The notes under the pieces: generated by a model | Told to the model about the DNA's origin: nothing | Databases searched by the model: none | What the model saw: the letters and a program-made list of their open reading frames with translations, nothing else | Source: an uncultured Pseudomonadota bacterium | Lineage (GTDB): Bacteria > Pseudomonadota > Gammaproteobacteria > Burkholderiales > SG8-39 | DNA: 64,000 nucleotides | Assembly (NCBI GenBank): GCA_903834835.1 | Contig: CAILKO010000008.1 | Location: 82,684 to 146,683 of the forward strand | Reading direction: 5' to 3' | Shown here: piece by piece, positions 52,016 through 61,282 of the stretch | Position numbering within the stretch: position 1 is the first letter of the stretch | Layout of the letters: the number at the start of each line of letters is the position of its first letter | Position numbers and translations under genes: made by a program

Positions 52016-52471
52016 TTATTGAAACGCTTCAGGCCACAGCGGGAACGGAAGCTTGAGTCCCCACACGAATACCGTGACCGAGAAGAACACCATCGCGAGC
52101 GACACGTAGACCGCGTCCTTGTGACGGTAGTCCGGGCCGCCCAGCGCGCTCAGGAATGTAAGGATGATGGTCGCGATGATGAGGCCCGCGGGTTTCATGA
52201 TGAAACCGTAGACCACGCAGGCGCCGAGCGTCAGGCTGATCGGGCGCCAGTGGAATTTCGAGATGCCCTCGCCCTTCAGGACAAAGCTGCGCGAGAACAC
52301 GATCAGTCCGAGCACGAGCTGCAGCGCGCCCAGCCAGACCGGAAAGTAGCCGGGCCCCATGCGCAGCGCGCTGCCCATCTGGTAGTGAGTGGCCGCGTAC
52401 CCGCTGATGAAGCCCCCCGCTACGATGAAAATCAATCCGGACCAGAAGTCTTTTGGACTCTTGATGCGCAT
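52016..52471 (-). CDS. tctB: Tripartite tricarboxylate transporter, small subunit TctB
   Basis: 151 aa with four predicted TM segments, immediately upstream of tctA. DFWSGLIFIVAGGF... is TctB-like. Confidence 0.7.
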   Translation of the reverse strand: MRIKSPKDFWSGLIFIVAGGFISGYAATHYQMGSALRMGPGYFPVWLGALQLVLGLIVFSRSFVLKGEGISKFHWRPISLTLGACVVYGFIMKPAGLIIATIILTFLSALGGPDYRHKDAVYVSLAMVFFSVTVFVWGLKLPFPLWPEAFQ

Positions 52472-52756
52472 CTGCTCTCCCCCTCGCTTGAATATGGTTT
52501 ATTACGCACACGGCAATTCACGCCGGCGGCGCAGTCTAAGTCTGGTTGCGCGGCAATTTGCCGGCAAGCTTGCGTGGCTGTCAGTTTCGGAAGAAATTCT
52601 TTTCCGCGCCAGGCGGCGTGAGCGGCGTGCCGTAACGCTCCGGTGTGATAATGAAGCGGCGAAGACCGCAGTCCGCACACGCGGCGCGATCGCGAATGCG
52701 GACACGCTGCGGATGGCAGTCGGCATCTCGCACATTCACACGCTTAGGAGACTTTC

Positions 52757-53449
52757 ATGCGCGTGCTCATCGTTGAAGACGATCCCTCCCTCGCGGCAGG
52801 TCAGCGGCGAGCGCTTCAGCTCGAAGGCTTCGCAGTGGACGTGGTGCCGCGTGGCGAGGCGGCGATACAGTGCACCGAGGGCGAACGCTTCGACATCGTC
52901 ATTCTCGACATCGGACTGCCGGGCATCGACGGATTCGAGGTGATCAAGCGGCTGCGCCGCGGCCGTCATGAAATGCCGATACTCGTGGTGACTGCGCGCG
53001 ACTCCGTGGGTGATCGCGTGCGCGGTCTGGATCTCGGCGCGGACGACTATCTCGTCAAGCCCTTCGCAAATCCGGAACTCGTGGCGCGCGTGCGCGCGCT
53101 GGTGCGGCGCTCCCAGGCGCGCACCGGTCCGAAGATCGTGCATGGACCGCTCATCATGGACACGGTCGCGCGGCGCTGTTTTCTGAACGGACAGCCGCTC
53201 GAGCTGGCCGCGCGCGAGTGGGCGGTGCTGGAGGTGCTGCTCGCGCGTGTGGAGAAGATCGTCTCCAAGGACACGATCATCCAGGCGGTCACGGGCTGGG
53301 TGGAAGATATCTCGCCGAATGCGATCGAGGTCTATATCTCGCGGCTGCGCGCGAAGCTCGAGCCTGCGGGCATCTCGATCCGCACGGTACGCGGCTTCGG
53401 TTATCTGCTCGTGGACTACCCGGAGAACGCCCCCGCGGTGGCGGGCTAG
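52757..53449 (+). CDS. OmpR-family response regulator (TctD-like by position)
   Basis: 230 aa. Receiver domain: MRVLIVEDDP...DIVILDIGLPGIDGFEV...LVVTARD. Winged-helix output domain: ..EVYISRLRAKLEP..IRTVRGFGYLL. It is divergent from tctBA. Confidence 0.88.
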   Translation: MRVLIVEDDPSLAAGQRRALQLEGFAVDVVPRGEAAIQCTEGERFDIVILDIGLPGIDGFEVIKRLRRGRHEMPILVVTARDSVGDRVRGLDLGADDYLVKPFANPELVARVRALVRRSQARTGPKIVHGPLIMDTVARRCFLNGQPLELAAREWAVLEVLLARVEKIVSKDTIIQAVTGWVEDISPNAIEVYISRLRAKLEPAGISIRTVRGFGYLLVDYPENAPAVAG

Positions 53450-53453
53450 GGGG

Positions 53454-54932
53454 ATGAAGGACGCGCTCGCGCCGGATCCGGCGAATCCTGCAGATTCTGC
53501 GCGCAAGCGCGAGACCGTTGGCAGCACCCCGCCCGCACGGCGCAGGCCGCGCAGCCTGCGCGGGCACCTCGCGCGCCTGCTGCTGCCGCCGCTGGCGGCC
53601 ATGCTGCTGGTCGGAGCGACGGGCGCCTATTTCTTCGCGATCGCGCCCGCGACCGAAGCCTACGACTACGGATTGGTCGACGCTGCCCACGCGATCGCGA
53701 CCCGCGTGCACATGGACCAGGGACGCGCCCAGATCGATCTGCCTGCGGTCGCCGAGCAGGTGGTGCGCGCGGACAAGTACGACATGGTGTATTTCGCCGT
53801 GCGCGATCCTGCCGGGCAGCTGCTTGCGGGCGATGGCGGCATTCCGCCGCCTCCGCCGGACGCGATGCAGCGCGACGATGTGATGCTCTACGACTCGGTC
53901 TACTGGGGCGATGCGGTCCGTGTCGCGCTGTTCTTCCTGCCCTGCGGCGAGCAGCGCTGTGCGATCACAGTGGCCGAGACGACGGTCAAGCGCGCCACAC
54001 TCAAGCGCGACATCCTGTTCGGCAGCGTGCTGCCGCAGGGGTTGCTCGCATTCCTGACCGTCGCGCTGCTCGTCTGGGGTCTGACCCGGGGCCTGGAGCC
54101 GCTGGAGGTGCTGTCGGAGGAGATCCGCGCGCGCTCGCCGAACGACCTGCGGCCGATCGACCTCTCGATCGAGCCCGAAGAAGTGCGCCCGCTGCTCGTT
54201 GCGCTGAACCAGTTGTTCGAAGAAGTGGCGGAATCGACCCGCAGCCAGCAGCGCTTTCTCGCGAACGCCGCGCACCAGCTGCGCACGCCGCTCGCCGGCC
54301 TGCAGGCGCATACCGAGATTGCGCTCTCGCTGCCGGTGACGCAGGCCTGCCGCGCGGAGCTGGAGCAGATTCACCAGGGAACGGTACGCACGGCGCGTCT
54401 CGCAAACCAGCTGCTCGCGCTCGCGCGCGCGGAAGGCGGCGCGCATCGGAGCGCGGTGTTCGACACCGTCGAGCTGCGGCGCATGGCGGAGGACGGGGCA
54501 AACGAGTGGGTGCACGAAGCGCTGCGTCGCGGGATCGACCTCGGATTTGAACTCGAACCGGCGAGCGTGCGCGGCGACGCCCTGCTGCTGCGCGAGGCGC
54601 TCGCCAATCTTGTGCACAACGCGCTCGAATACACCCCGTCCGGCGGCCATGTGACCGTGCGCTGCGCGAAAGGGGCGCGCGGCGAGGGCGCGCTGATCGA
54701 GGTGGAGGATAACGGACCGGGGATCCCGTCTGACGAGCGCTCGCGCGTGCTGGAGCGGTTCTACCGCATGCCGGGCACGACGGGCATCGGCAGCGGACTT
54801 GGACTGGCGATCGTGCGCGAGATCATGCAGATGCACGGCGGTTCGATCGAGATTCGCGATGCGATCGACGCACCGAAGCCGGCGGGCTGCCTGATCAGAC
54901 TGCGCTTTCCCGCGGAAAGCGGGAAGGGTTAA
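53454..54932 (+). CDS. Sensor histidine kinase (TctE-like by position)
   Basis: Part of ORF 53247..54932. Start is at ATG 53454, 5 nt after the response-regulator stop. It has two TM segments, an H-box FLANAAHQLRTPLAGL, an N-box LVHNALEYT and a G-box VEDNGPGIP...GSGLGLAIV. Confidence 0.85.
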   Translation: MKDALAPDPANPADSARKRETVGSTPPARRRPRSLRGHLARLLLPPLAAMLLVGATGAYFFAIAPATEAYDYGLVDAAHAIATRVHMDQGRAQIDLPAVAEQVVRADKYDMVYFAVRDPAGQLLAGDGGIPPPPPDAMQRDDVMLYDSVYWGDAVRVALFFLPCGEQRCAITVAETTVKRATLKRDILFGSVLPQGLLAFLTVALLVWGLTRGLEPLEVLSEEIRARSPNDLRPIDLSIEPEEVRPLLVALNQLFEEVAESTRSQQRFLANAAHQLRTPLAGLQAHTEIALSLPVTQACRAELEQIHQGTVRTARLANQLLALARAEGGAHRSAVFDTVELRRMAEDGANEWVHEALRRGIDLGFELEPASVRGDALLLREALANLVHNALEYTPSGGHVTVRCAKGARGEGALIEVEDNGPGIPSDERSRVLERFYRMPGTTGIGSGLGLAIVREIMQMHGGSIEIRDAIDAPKPAGCLIRLRFPAESGKG

Positions 54933-54996
54933 CTCCGGAGGGTTAACCCGGGACGGTTAACCCAGGACGGTTAACCCAGGACGGTCAACTGCAGGG
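54927..54996. repeat. Five tandem 14-nt repeats GGTTAACCC(A/G)GGAC
   Basis: GGTTAAC starts at 54927, 54941, 54955 and 54969, with a degenerate GGTCAAC at 54983. The first copy provides the TAA stop of the kinase (54930-54932). The last provides the TGA stop of the convergent SPOR gene (54985-54987, complement). Confidence 0.85.
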
Positions 54997-55608
54997 ACGG
55001 ACTTCGCTGCCCTCGAACTGGCGCGCGAGCGCGGACAGTCCTTCCATCTGCGGGGCTGTGAGGCCTCGGGCCTGCAGCCAGGCACGCGAGAAGTGCGCCT
55101 CGCGCGTGCCGAGCTGGGCGGTGCGCACCCGCTTGCCGCGCAGCGCCTCGAGGCGCGCCCGCGCGAGTTCTTCGCTGCGGAAGATGCCCAGTGATACCGC
55201 CCAGCGGCTCGGGCCCTCTTCCTGGACGACGAAGAAATCCGTGATGCCGAGCGCCTTCAGATCCGCGGCGCGCTTGAGCGCTGCCTCTCGACCGCCGCCA
55301 GGCGGTATGTAGACCCACCAGCTCTGCGTCTCGGTGATGTCGCGCACGGACGGCGCGGCGGCGAGCCCGAGCGCCGCGATCGCCTGCTGCGCGCGCGCGA
55401 GATCGGGCGCGGCGAAGCCGCCCCATTCGCGGCAGCTGGCCTGGGCGGCCGTTGCCTGCGAGACCGGGGCCGCGAGCCGTAGCGTGTCCGGCGCGATCTG
55501 CTGCGCCACACGGGTGGGTTCGGTTCCTTCGTCTTCGGGCGCGAGGTAGCGCCACCAGGCAAAGAAGGCGAGGTTGGCAAGGATCAGGACGAGGGCGATC
55601 AGGCGCAT
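54985..55608 (-). CDS. SPOR-domain membrane protein
   Basis: 207 aa. It has an N-terminal TM segment (MRLIALVLILANLAFFAWW). The C-terminal WWVYIPPGGGREAALKRAADLKALGITDFFVV...WAVSLGIFRSEELARARLEAL is a SPOR-like peptidoglycan-binding repeat. Confidence 0.65.
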   Translation of the reverse strand: MRLIALVLILANLAFFAWWRYLAPEDEGTEPTRVAQQIAPDTLRLAAPVSQATAAQASCREWGGFAAPDLARAQQAIAALGLAAAPSVRDITETQSWWVYIPPGGGREAALKRAADLKALGITDFFVVQEEGPSRWAVSLGIFRSEELARARLEALRGKRVRTAQLGTREAHFSRAWLQARGLTAPQMEGLSALARQFEGSEVRPCS

Positions 55609-55641
55609 GGCGAGTGGGTGGGCGGAAGCAGGCTGAAGGTT

Positions 55642-56367
55642 TCAGGCAGGCAGTGCCGCGGTGATGCGCAGCAGTCCCTCGAGGACGAGATTCTCCACGT
55701 AGCGGGCCGGGAAGGGCAATGCCGGAATGATTTCGCGTCCCGCGCCGCCGCTCACGAGGCAGGCCGCATCGGGCGGCAGGCGGCGGCGCATGCGCTCGAT
55801 CGCACCGGCCTGGGCATCGAGGCATCCAGTGTGGATCGCATCCAGCGTGTTGCGCGGGTGCTCGCGCGCATGGCCTTCGCCGAGCGGCAGGCCGCCGGTA
55901 TTCCGGTGCAGGGACGCTTTCATCAGTGCGATCCCCGGCAGGATCGCGCCGCCGAGGAAATTTCCGCCGGCGCCGAGCAGGTCCACCGTGGTCGCCGTGC
56001 CCGCGCCGATCACGAGGCAATCGCCCGCGTGCAAGGCCCGTGCCGCGATGAGCGCGGCCCAGCGATCGGCGCCGAGCTGTTCGGGCCGGTCGTAGAGGTT
56101 GGTGACCCCGCAGCGCTGGCGCTCCGCGCGCAGCCAGAGGGTCTCGACCGCCCAGGCCGACGTCCACTCGAGCAGTCGCTCGCCCGCCTCGGGGCCCGCG
56201 ACGTTCGACACCACGATGCGCGCGGGACGACGCGGACCATCGGCAATCGGATTGTCCGTGCGCGCGGCGAGCGTTGCGAGCGGGGTGTCATAGAGCGCGC
56301 ACCAGCGCGTGCCGTCGTGCCAGCCCCATTTGACGCGCGTATTGCCGGCATCGATCGCGAGGATCAT
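55642..56367 (-). CDS. coaX: Type III pantothenate kinase
   Basis: Part of ORF 55642..56964(-). Start is at MILAIDAGNTRVKWG (ATG 56367). GADRWAALIAA and VIGAGTATTVD are CoaX motifs. There is a 4-nt overlap with the birA stop. Confidence 0.85.
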   Translation of the reverse strand: MILAIDAGNTRVKWGWHDGTRWCALYDTPLATLAARTDNPIADGPRRPARIVVSNVAGPEAGERLLEWTSAWAVETLWLRAERQRCGVTNLYDRPEQLGADRWAALIAARALHAGDCLVIGAGTATTVDLLGAGGNFLGGAILPGIALMKASLHRNTGGLPLGEGHAREHPRNTLDAIHTGCLDAQAGAIERMRRRLPPDAACLVSGGAGREIIPALPFPARYVENLVLEGLLRITAALPA

Positions 56368-57350
56368 GCCGGCCTCGCCGAGAGCACTTCGCCGCTCGAA
56401 ACGGGTATCAGACCGGAGGCGGTCGCGAGCAGCAATGCGCCATCGGTGTCGATGCCGGAGGCGGTGCCGGAGAGCGCGCGCCCGTCGGAGAGTTTCACGC
56501 GCATGCGGTGCCCGGCATGCGCGTGCAGCGCTTCCCATTCGGCGCGCACGGCATCCAGGCCGCGCGCCGCGAAGGCGTCGATCACGGCGAGCAGCTCGCG
56601 AAGCAGCGTGCCGGCCACGAGGTTGCGCGAGGGCAGCGGGTCGAGCGCGTCTGAAACGGAGGTGATGGTGCGTCGCAGTTTCTCGCCAAGACCGGGCTGT
56701 GCGGCATGGTTGATGCCGATGCCGACGACCACGCGGATCGCGCCGCGCGTTGCGCGCGTCTCGACGAGGATGCCGCCGAGCTTGGCCTCGCCGATCATCA
56801 GATCGTTGGGCCACTTGAGCCGCACGTCGCGCGCGCCGAGGCTGGCAAGGGCGCGGGCTGCGGCGACGCCGACCGCAAGCGACAGCCCCGAAAGATGTCG
56901 CAGCGGCAGCGCGAACTCGAACGCGGTCGAGCAGGTGATCGCCTGTCCCGCGCCGGAGAGCCATTTGCGGCCGCGCCGCCCGCGACCGGCGGTCTGTGCT
57001 TCGGTGATGAGGAAGCGTGCCGGCGTGCTCATCTCCTCCGGGGGCTGATCGAGCAGGGCAGTGTTGGTCGACGGGCAGGCATCGACCACGCGGATGGACA
57101 CTCCGGCACCGGCCGGGCCAAGCACCGCGCGCAGCGCCGGCTCCGCAAGAAAATCGAATTTCCCGGCCGCGACATAGCTGTTTTCTTCGGCATGCCGGAT
57201 CGCGCCCTGCGCGACGAGGTCAGACAACGCGCGCCGCGTGCGCGCGGGCGTCGCGCAGCATCGCCGCGCAAGCGTCGCAAGCCCGTGCGGGCCGGGTGCC
57301 TGGACGGCACGCAGCAGGTCGATCGAAAGAGAACGTGCCGGGTCTTGCAT
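56364..57350 (-). CDS. birA: Biotin--[acetyl-CoA-carboxylase] ligase with N-terminal HTH (BirA)
   Basis: 328 aa. ITEAQTAGRGRRGRKW is the GRGRxGRxW biotin-ligase motif. KWPNDL is present, and the N-terminus is winged-helix-like. Confidence 0.85.
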   Translation of the reverse strand: MQDPARSLSIDLLRAVQAPGPHGLATLARRCCATPARTRRALSDLVAQGAIRHAEENSYVAAGKFDFLAEPALRAVLGPAGAGVSIRVVDACPSTNTALLDQPPEEMSTPARFLITEAQTAGRGRRGRKWLSGAGQAITCSTAFEFALPLRHLSGLSLAVGVAAARALASLGARDVRLKWPNDLMIGEAKLGGILVETRATRGAIRVVVGIGINHAAQPGLGEKLRRTITSVSDALDPLPSRNLVAGTLLRELLAVIDAFAARGLDAVRAEWEALHAHAGHRMRVKLSDGRALSGTASGIDTDGALLLATASGLIPVSSGEVLSARPA

Positions 57351-57456
57351 GGGGAGGCTATGCTAGCGGAATCGCGGGCTTGCGCGCAGCGCGGGGCGGC
57401 CTCATCATCGTGCCGCCTGCATGGGCCCGCATGGGCCCGATTGCAAAGGAATTCGC

Positions 57457-58764
57457 ATGCTTCGTATGCCCGCTCTGCTCCTTTTCGTGTTGCTGCTCAT
57501 TGCGCTGCCGGCGCGCGCTGTGCCGCACGAGCTCGCGCTGTGGCACGCTTCCGGCGGCCCGGCAGGCGGCGCGCTTGAAAAGCTGGTTGCCCGTTTCAAC
57601 GGCGCGCAGACGGCCTATGCAGTGAGCCTGGTGCGCAAGAACGATGCCGAGCTCGCACCGGATGCAAAGGGTGCAGGCAGCCTGCAGACCGAGCGGCCCG
57701 CGCTCGTGCTGCTCGATGAAGCACGCGCGGGCGCGGCGGTGGAGTCCCCCTTGCTGATCCGGCCGCTGTGGCAGGTGCTTGGTTCTGCCGGTGTTGCCTT
57801 CGATCGCGCGCGCGCGCTGCCGGCGATGGCCGGCCGTTATCTGGATGCCGGCGGGCATCTGCTCGCCTGGCCGCTCGGCGTGGCAACGCCGGTGCTCTAC
57901 GCCAACAAGGCGCTGCTGCGTCGCGCCGGCCTCGACCCCGAGGTTCTGCCCCGCACCTGGTACGAGATGCCGAAATTTCTCGGCGCGCTGTACGAACAGG
58001 GCGTGGCCTGCCCCTACACCACGGCCTTTCCGGCCTGGGTGCAGATGGAGAACCTGAGCGCCTGGCATAACCAGGCTTTCGCCACGCGCGCCAATGGTCA
58101 GGCGGCGGGCGAATCGAAGCTCAGCTTCAACAGCATGCTGATGATTCGCCACGTCGCAATGCTCGCTTCCTGGGCCAAGGCGCGTTATTTCGTCTATGCC
58201 GGCCGGCACGACGAGGCCGAGCGGCGTTTCGCGCGCGGCGAGTGCGCGCTGCTGACGAGCGCATCCTCGTCGAGCGGTCCGCTGCGCGAAGCGCTGGGCG
58301 CTGATCTCGCCGTCGCCGGGCTGCCTTACTACGACGATTTTCCGGAGGCGCCGCAGAACACGCTCTCCGGGGGCAGCGCGCTGTGGGCGGTGGCCGGCAA
58401 GAGTCAGAACGACTATCGCGGTGTGGCGATGTTCGTGAATTTCCTGTCGAGCGCGCCGGTACAGGCCGAGTGGCAGCAGCTCACCGGGTTCCTGCCGCTC
58501 AGCCGCGAAGCCCACGAGATCAACCGGAAGTCCGGCTGGTATCAGGAGCACGCGGGCCAGGAGACGGCCTTCAGTCAGCTGGTCGCAAAACCCGCGCGCG
58601 AGCATTCGCGCGGCATCCGCATCGCCCAGCTGCTGCAGATCCGCGACATCATCGACGATGAGCTCGAGGCCGCGTGGTCCTTCGCCAAGATGCCGAAAGA
58701 GGCGCTGGACGCCGCGGTCGAACGCGGCAACCGCTTGCTGAAAGGCGTCGCCCGGCCGCGCTGA
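57457..58764 (+). CDS. ugpB: sn-glycerol-3-phosphate ABC transporter substrate-binding protein (UgpB-like), no adjacent permease genes
   Basis: Part of ORF 57421..58764. Start is at MLRMPALLLFVLLLIALPARA, a signal peptide. There are long collinear matches to E. coli UgpB as I remember it (TPVLYANK...AGLDPE, ENLSAW, GECALLTSASSS, APQNTLSGGSALW, IDDELEAAW...ALDAAVERGNRLL). Confidence 0.8.
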   Translation: MLRMPALLLFVLLLIALPARAVPHELALWHASGGPAGGALEKLVARFNGAQTAYAVSLVRKNDAELAPDAKGAGSLQTERPALVLLDEARAGAAVESPLLIRPLWQVLGSAGVAFDRARALPAMAGRYLDAGGHLLAWPLGVATPVLYANKALLRRAGLDPEVLPRTWYEMPKFLGALYEQGVACPYTTAFPAWVQMENLSAWHNQAFATRANGQAAGESKLSFNSMLMIRHVAMLASWAKARYFVYAGRHDEAERRFARGECALLTSASSSSGPLREALGADLAVAGLPYYDDFPEAPQNTLSGGSALWAVAGKSQNDYRGVAMFVNFLSSAPVQAEWQQLTGFLPLSREAHEINRKSGWYQEHAGQETAFSQLVAKPAREHSRGIRIAQLLQIRDIIDDELEAAWSFAKMPKEALDAAVERGNRLLKGVARPR

Positions 58765-58818
58765 CAGCGCCCGGCGCAAGAGGGCAGCCGGAGGGTCGTG
58801 TTTCCGACGTATCGCGGT

Positions 58819-58845
58819 CTAGATAGTAACATAACTGTTACTAAC
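58819..58845. repeat. AT-rich palindrome TAGATAGTAAC-ATAACT-GTTACTA (copy 2 of 2)
   Basis: It shares the same 11-mer left arm and 7-mer right arm as 34164-34191, with a 6-nt spacer that matches in 4 of 6 positions in the same orientation. It again lies between convergent genes (ugpB and fbiC). Confidence 0.6.
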
Positions 58846-58882
58846 AAAACATTGCAGCCGGATTTTCTTCCTGCCTGAAGTC

Positions 58883-61282
58883 TCAGGCGGCTGCGCTGCG
58901 CGCCTTGCGCCGCAGCGGCGTATTCACGATCGTGGTGAGCGGCCGCGCGGCGTAGGCTGCCGCGACGCGCTCGGCTGCGGGTGTGCCGTAGAGCGTGGTG
59001 CGCTGCACCGGCTCCCGGCCCAGACTGCGGATCAGCGCGTCCATCTCGGCGGGCGGCAGTTCCTGGCCGAACTGGGCCCCCGCGGCGCGCGTGATCGATT
59101 CGTTCATCAGGGTTCCACCGAGGTCGTTCACGCCGGCCTGCAGACAGGCCGCGACACCGCCCGGCCCCATCTTCACCCACGAGGCCTGGATGTTCGGGAT
59201 CAGCCCGTGGAACACGAGTCGCGCGACTGCGTGCATCAACAGCGCTTCGCGAAAGGTCGGCCCCTTGCGCGCGCGGCCGGCGAGGTACATCGGCGCCTCC
59301 GAGGCCACGAAGGGCAGCGGCACGAATTCCGTGAAGCCGCCGGTGCGCGCCTGCAGGTCGCGGATGCGCAGCAGATGCCTTGCCCAGTGCACCGGCCGCT
59401 CGATGTGGCCGAACATGATGGTTGCGGTGTTGCGAAAACCGGCGCGGTGCGAGGCCTCCGCCACCTGCAGCCATTCGGCGGTGCGGATCTTGTCCGGGCA
59501 GAGCACCTCGCGCACTTCGTCGTCGAGAATTTCCGCCGCGGTGCCGGGCAGCGTGCCGAGGCCGGCTTCCTTCAGGCGCAGCAGATAGGGCTCGAGTTCG
59601 AGACCGAGCGTCGCCGCGCCCTGCCAGACTTCGAGCGGCGAGAAGGCATGCACGTGGATGCCCGGCGCCGCCTCTTTCGTAAGACGCAGGATCTCAACAT
59701 AGGTGTTGCCGTCGTAGTCCGGATGAATGCCGCCCTGCATGCAGACTTCGGTCGCACCGCGCGCCCAGGCCTCCTGCACGCGGCGCTGCAACTCCTCCGG
59801 CGCGAGGTCGTAGGGCCGACCGCGCAGATCCTCGCTCGTCTTGCCCTTGGAGAACGCGCAGAAGCGGCACTTGTAGGTGCACACATTGGTGTAGTTGATG
59901 TTGCGGTTCACGACGTAGCTGACGCGATCGCCGTTCGTTTCGCGTCGCAGGCGGTCGGCGGCCTCGCAGACTTCGCTCACTTCGGATCCGCGCGCGGCGA
60001 ACAGCCGCACGATCTCGGATTCGTCCAGCCGCTCGCCCGCGGCGGCACGCGCGAGGATGGGCGCGAGCGCGGAAGGCGCAGCGCTGCCCGCGGCCGGCGG
60101 CACGCGCAGCTCGGGCGGCGCGACCGGCGTGCCGGTCAGCCAGGGGTCGGTGCGCGGATAGCCCTCGGCATCGGTCAGGCGCAGCACGGTCCTGTGCAGT
60201 CCCTCGTCCAGCCAGGTGTCGGGCGCGCAGGCGTAGCGCGGATAGATCGTGAGCCGCTCATGCAGGAATTTGCCGGCCGCGGCGGTCTCGCGCGCAAGAC
60301 GCTCGATCTCCGGCCAGGGTGCTTCGGGGTTCACGTAGTCCGGGGTTACCGGGCTGACGCCGCCCCAGTCGTTGATGCCGGCCGCGATCAGCTGCGGCAG
60401 CATGCCGGGGCTCAGGTTGGGCGGCGCCTGGATGCTCATCTGCGGGCCGAACAGGAGTCGCGCGAGCGCAATCGTCCACAGCAGTTCCTCGAGCGGCGGC
60501 TCGGGCGCGAGCGCCATTTTCGTGGCGGGCTTGGCGCGAAAGTTCTGGACGATGATTTCCTGCAGGTGGCCGTGTTCGCGATGCAGCGCTCGGAGCGCGA
60601 GCAGGCTCTCGATGCGCTCGCGCCGTGTTTCGCCGATGCCGATCAGGATGCCGCTCGTGAAGGGCACGCGCGCTTCACCCGCGAGCCGCAGGGTCTCGAT
60701 GCGCGCCGCGGGCAGCTTGTCGGGCGAGCCATGATGGGGCATGCCCTTCGCGCACAGCCGCTCGGAAGCCGACTCGAGCATGATGCCCATCGAGGCCGAC
60801 ACCTGGCGCAGCATGGCGATCTCGCCCGCATTCATGCAGCCCGCGTTGATGTGCGGCAGGAGGCCTGTTTCCTTCAGTACCCGTCCCGCGACATGGGCGA
60901 CATAGTCGAGCGTGGTGGCATGACCCATCTGATCGAGCGCCGCGCGTGCCGCGCTGTAACGCAGCTCGGGCTTGTCGCCGAGCGTGAAGAGCGCCTCCTT
61001 GCAGCCTGCGCGCGCCGCGCGTTCCGCCTGTGCGACGACTTCATCCGCACCGAGGTAAGGCTGGTCGATGCGGCTCGGGGGCTGGGCGAAGGTGCAGTAG
61101 TGGCAGACGTCACGGCACAGATGGGTAAGCGGGATGAAGAACTTGCGCGAATAGGTGACGAGATTGCCGTGACCGGCATCGCGCAAGGCCGCAGCACGCT
61201 GCATGAGGCCGGGGAGCGTTTGCGCGATGGGCGCCTCGGCGAGCGCAAGCGCCTCGGCTACGGAGAGCGATTCAGGCTGCAT
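58883..61282 (-). CDS. fbiC: FO synthase (7,8-didemethyl-8-hydroxy-5-deazariboflavin synthase), fused CofG/CofH
   Basis: Part of ORF 58883..61324(-). It has two radical-SAM cysteine motifs, CRDVCHYCTF in the N-half and CTYKCRFCAF in the C-half, and the size fits bifunctional FbiC. The start is either ATG 61282 or ATG 61324. Confidence 0.9.
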   Translation of the reverse strand: MQPESLSVAEALALAEAPIAQTLPGLMQRAAALRDAGHGNLVTYSRKFFIPLTHLCRDVCHYCTFAQPPSRIDQPYLGADEVVAQAERAARAGCKEALFTLGDKPELRYSAARAALDQMGHATTLDYVAHVAGRVLKETGLLPHINAGCMNAGEIAMLRQVSASMGIMLESASERLCAKGMPHHGSPDKLPAARIETLRLAGEARVPFTSGILIGIGETRRERIESLLALRALHREHGHLQEIIVQNFRAKPATKMALAPEPPLEELLWTIALARLLFGPQMSIQAPPNLSPGMLPQLIAAGINDWGGVSPVTPDYVNPEAPWPEIERLARETAAAGKFLHERLTIYPRYACAPDTWLDEGLHRTVLRLTDAEGYPRTDPWLTGTPVAPPELRVPPAAGSAAPSALAPILARAAAGERLDESEIVRLFAARGSEVSEVCEAADRLRRETNGDRVSYVVNRNINYTNVCTYKCRFCAFSKGKTSEDLRGRPYDLAPEELQRRVQEAWARGATEVCMQGGIHPDYDGNTYVEILRLTKEAAPGIHVHAFSPLEVWQGAATLGLELEPYLLRLKEAGLGTLPGTAAEILDDEVREVLCPDKIRTAEWLQVAEASHRAGFRNTATIMFGHIERPVHWARHLLRIRDLQARTGGFTEFVPLPFVASEAPMYLAGRARKGPTFREALLMHAVARLVFHGLIPNIQASWVKMGPGGVAACLQAGVNDLGGTLMNESITRAAGAQFGQELPPAEMDALIRSLGREPVQRTTLYGTPAAERVAAAYAARPLTTIVNTPLRRKARSAAA

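Noticed and set aside
34164-58845. The two directly oriented AT-rich palindromes as attL/attR or dif-like recombination sites bounding a 24.6-kb excisable segment
   Set aside because: The intervening segment contains presumably essential genes (birA, coaX) and a tRNA, but no recombinase. The arms do not match the XerC/XerD dif consensus I remember (..CATAA-N6-TTATG..). Their position at convergent gene ends fits a REP-like or 3'-end element better.
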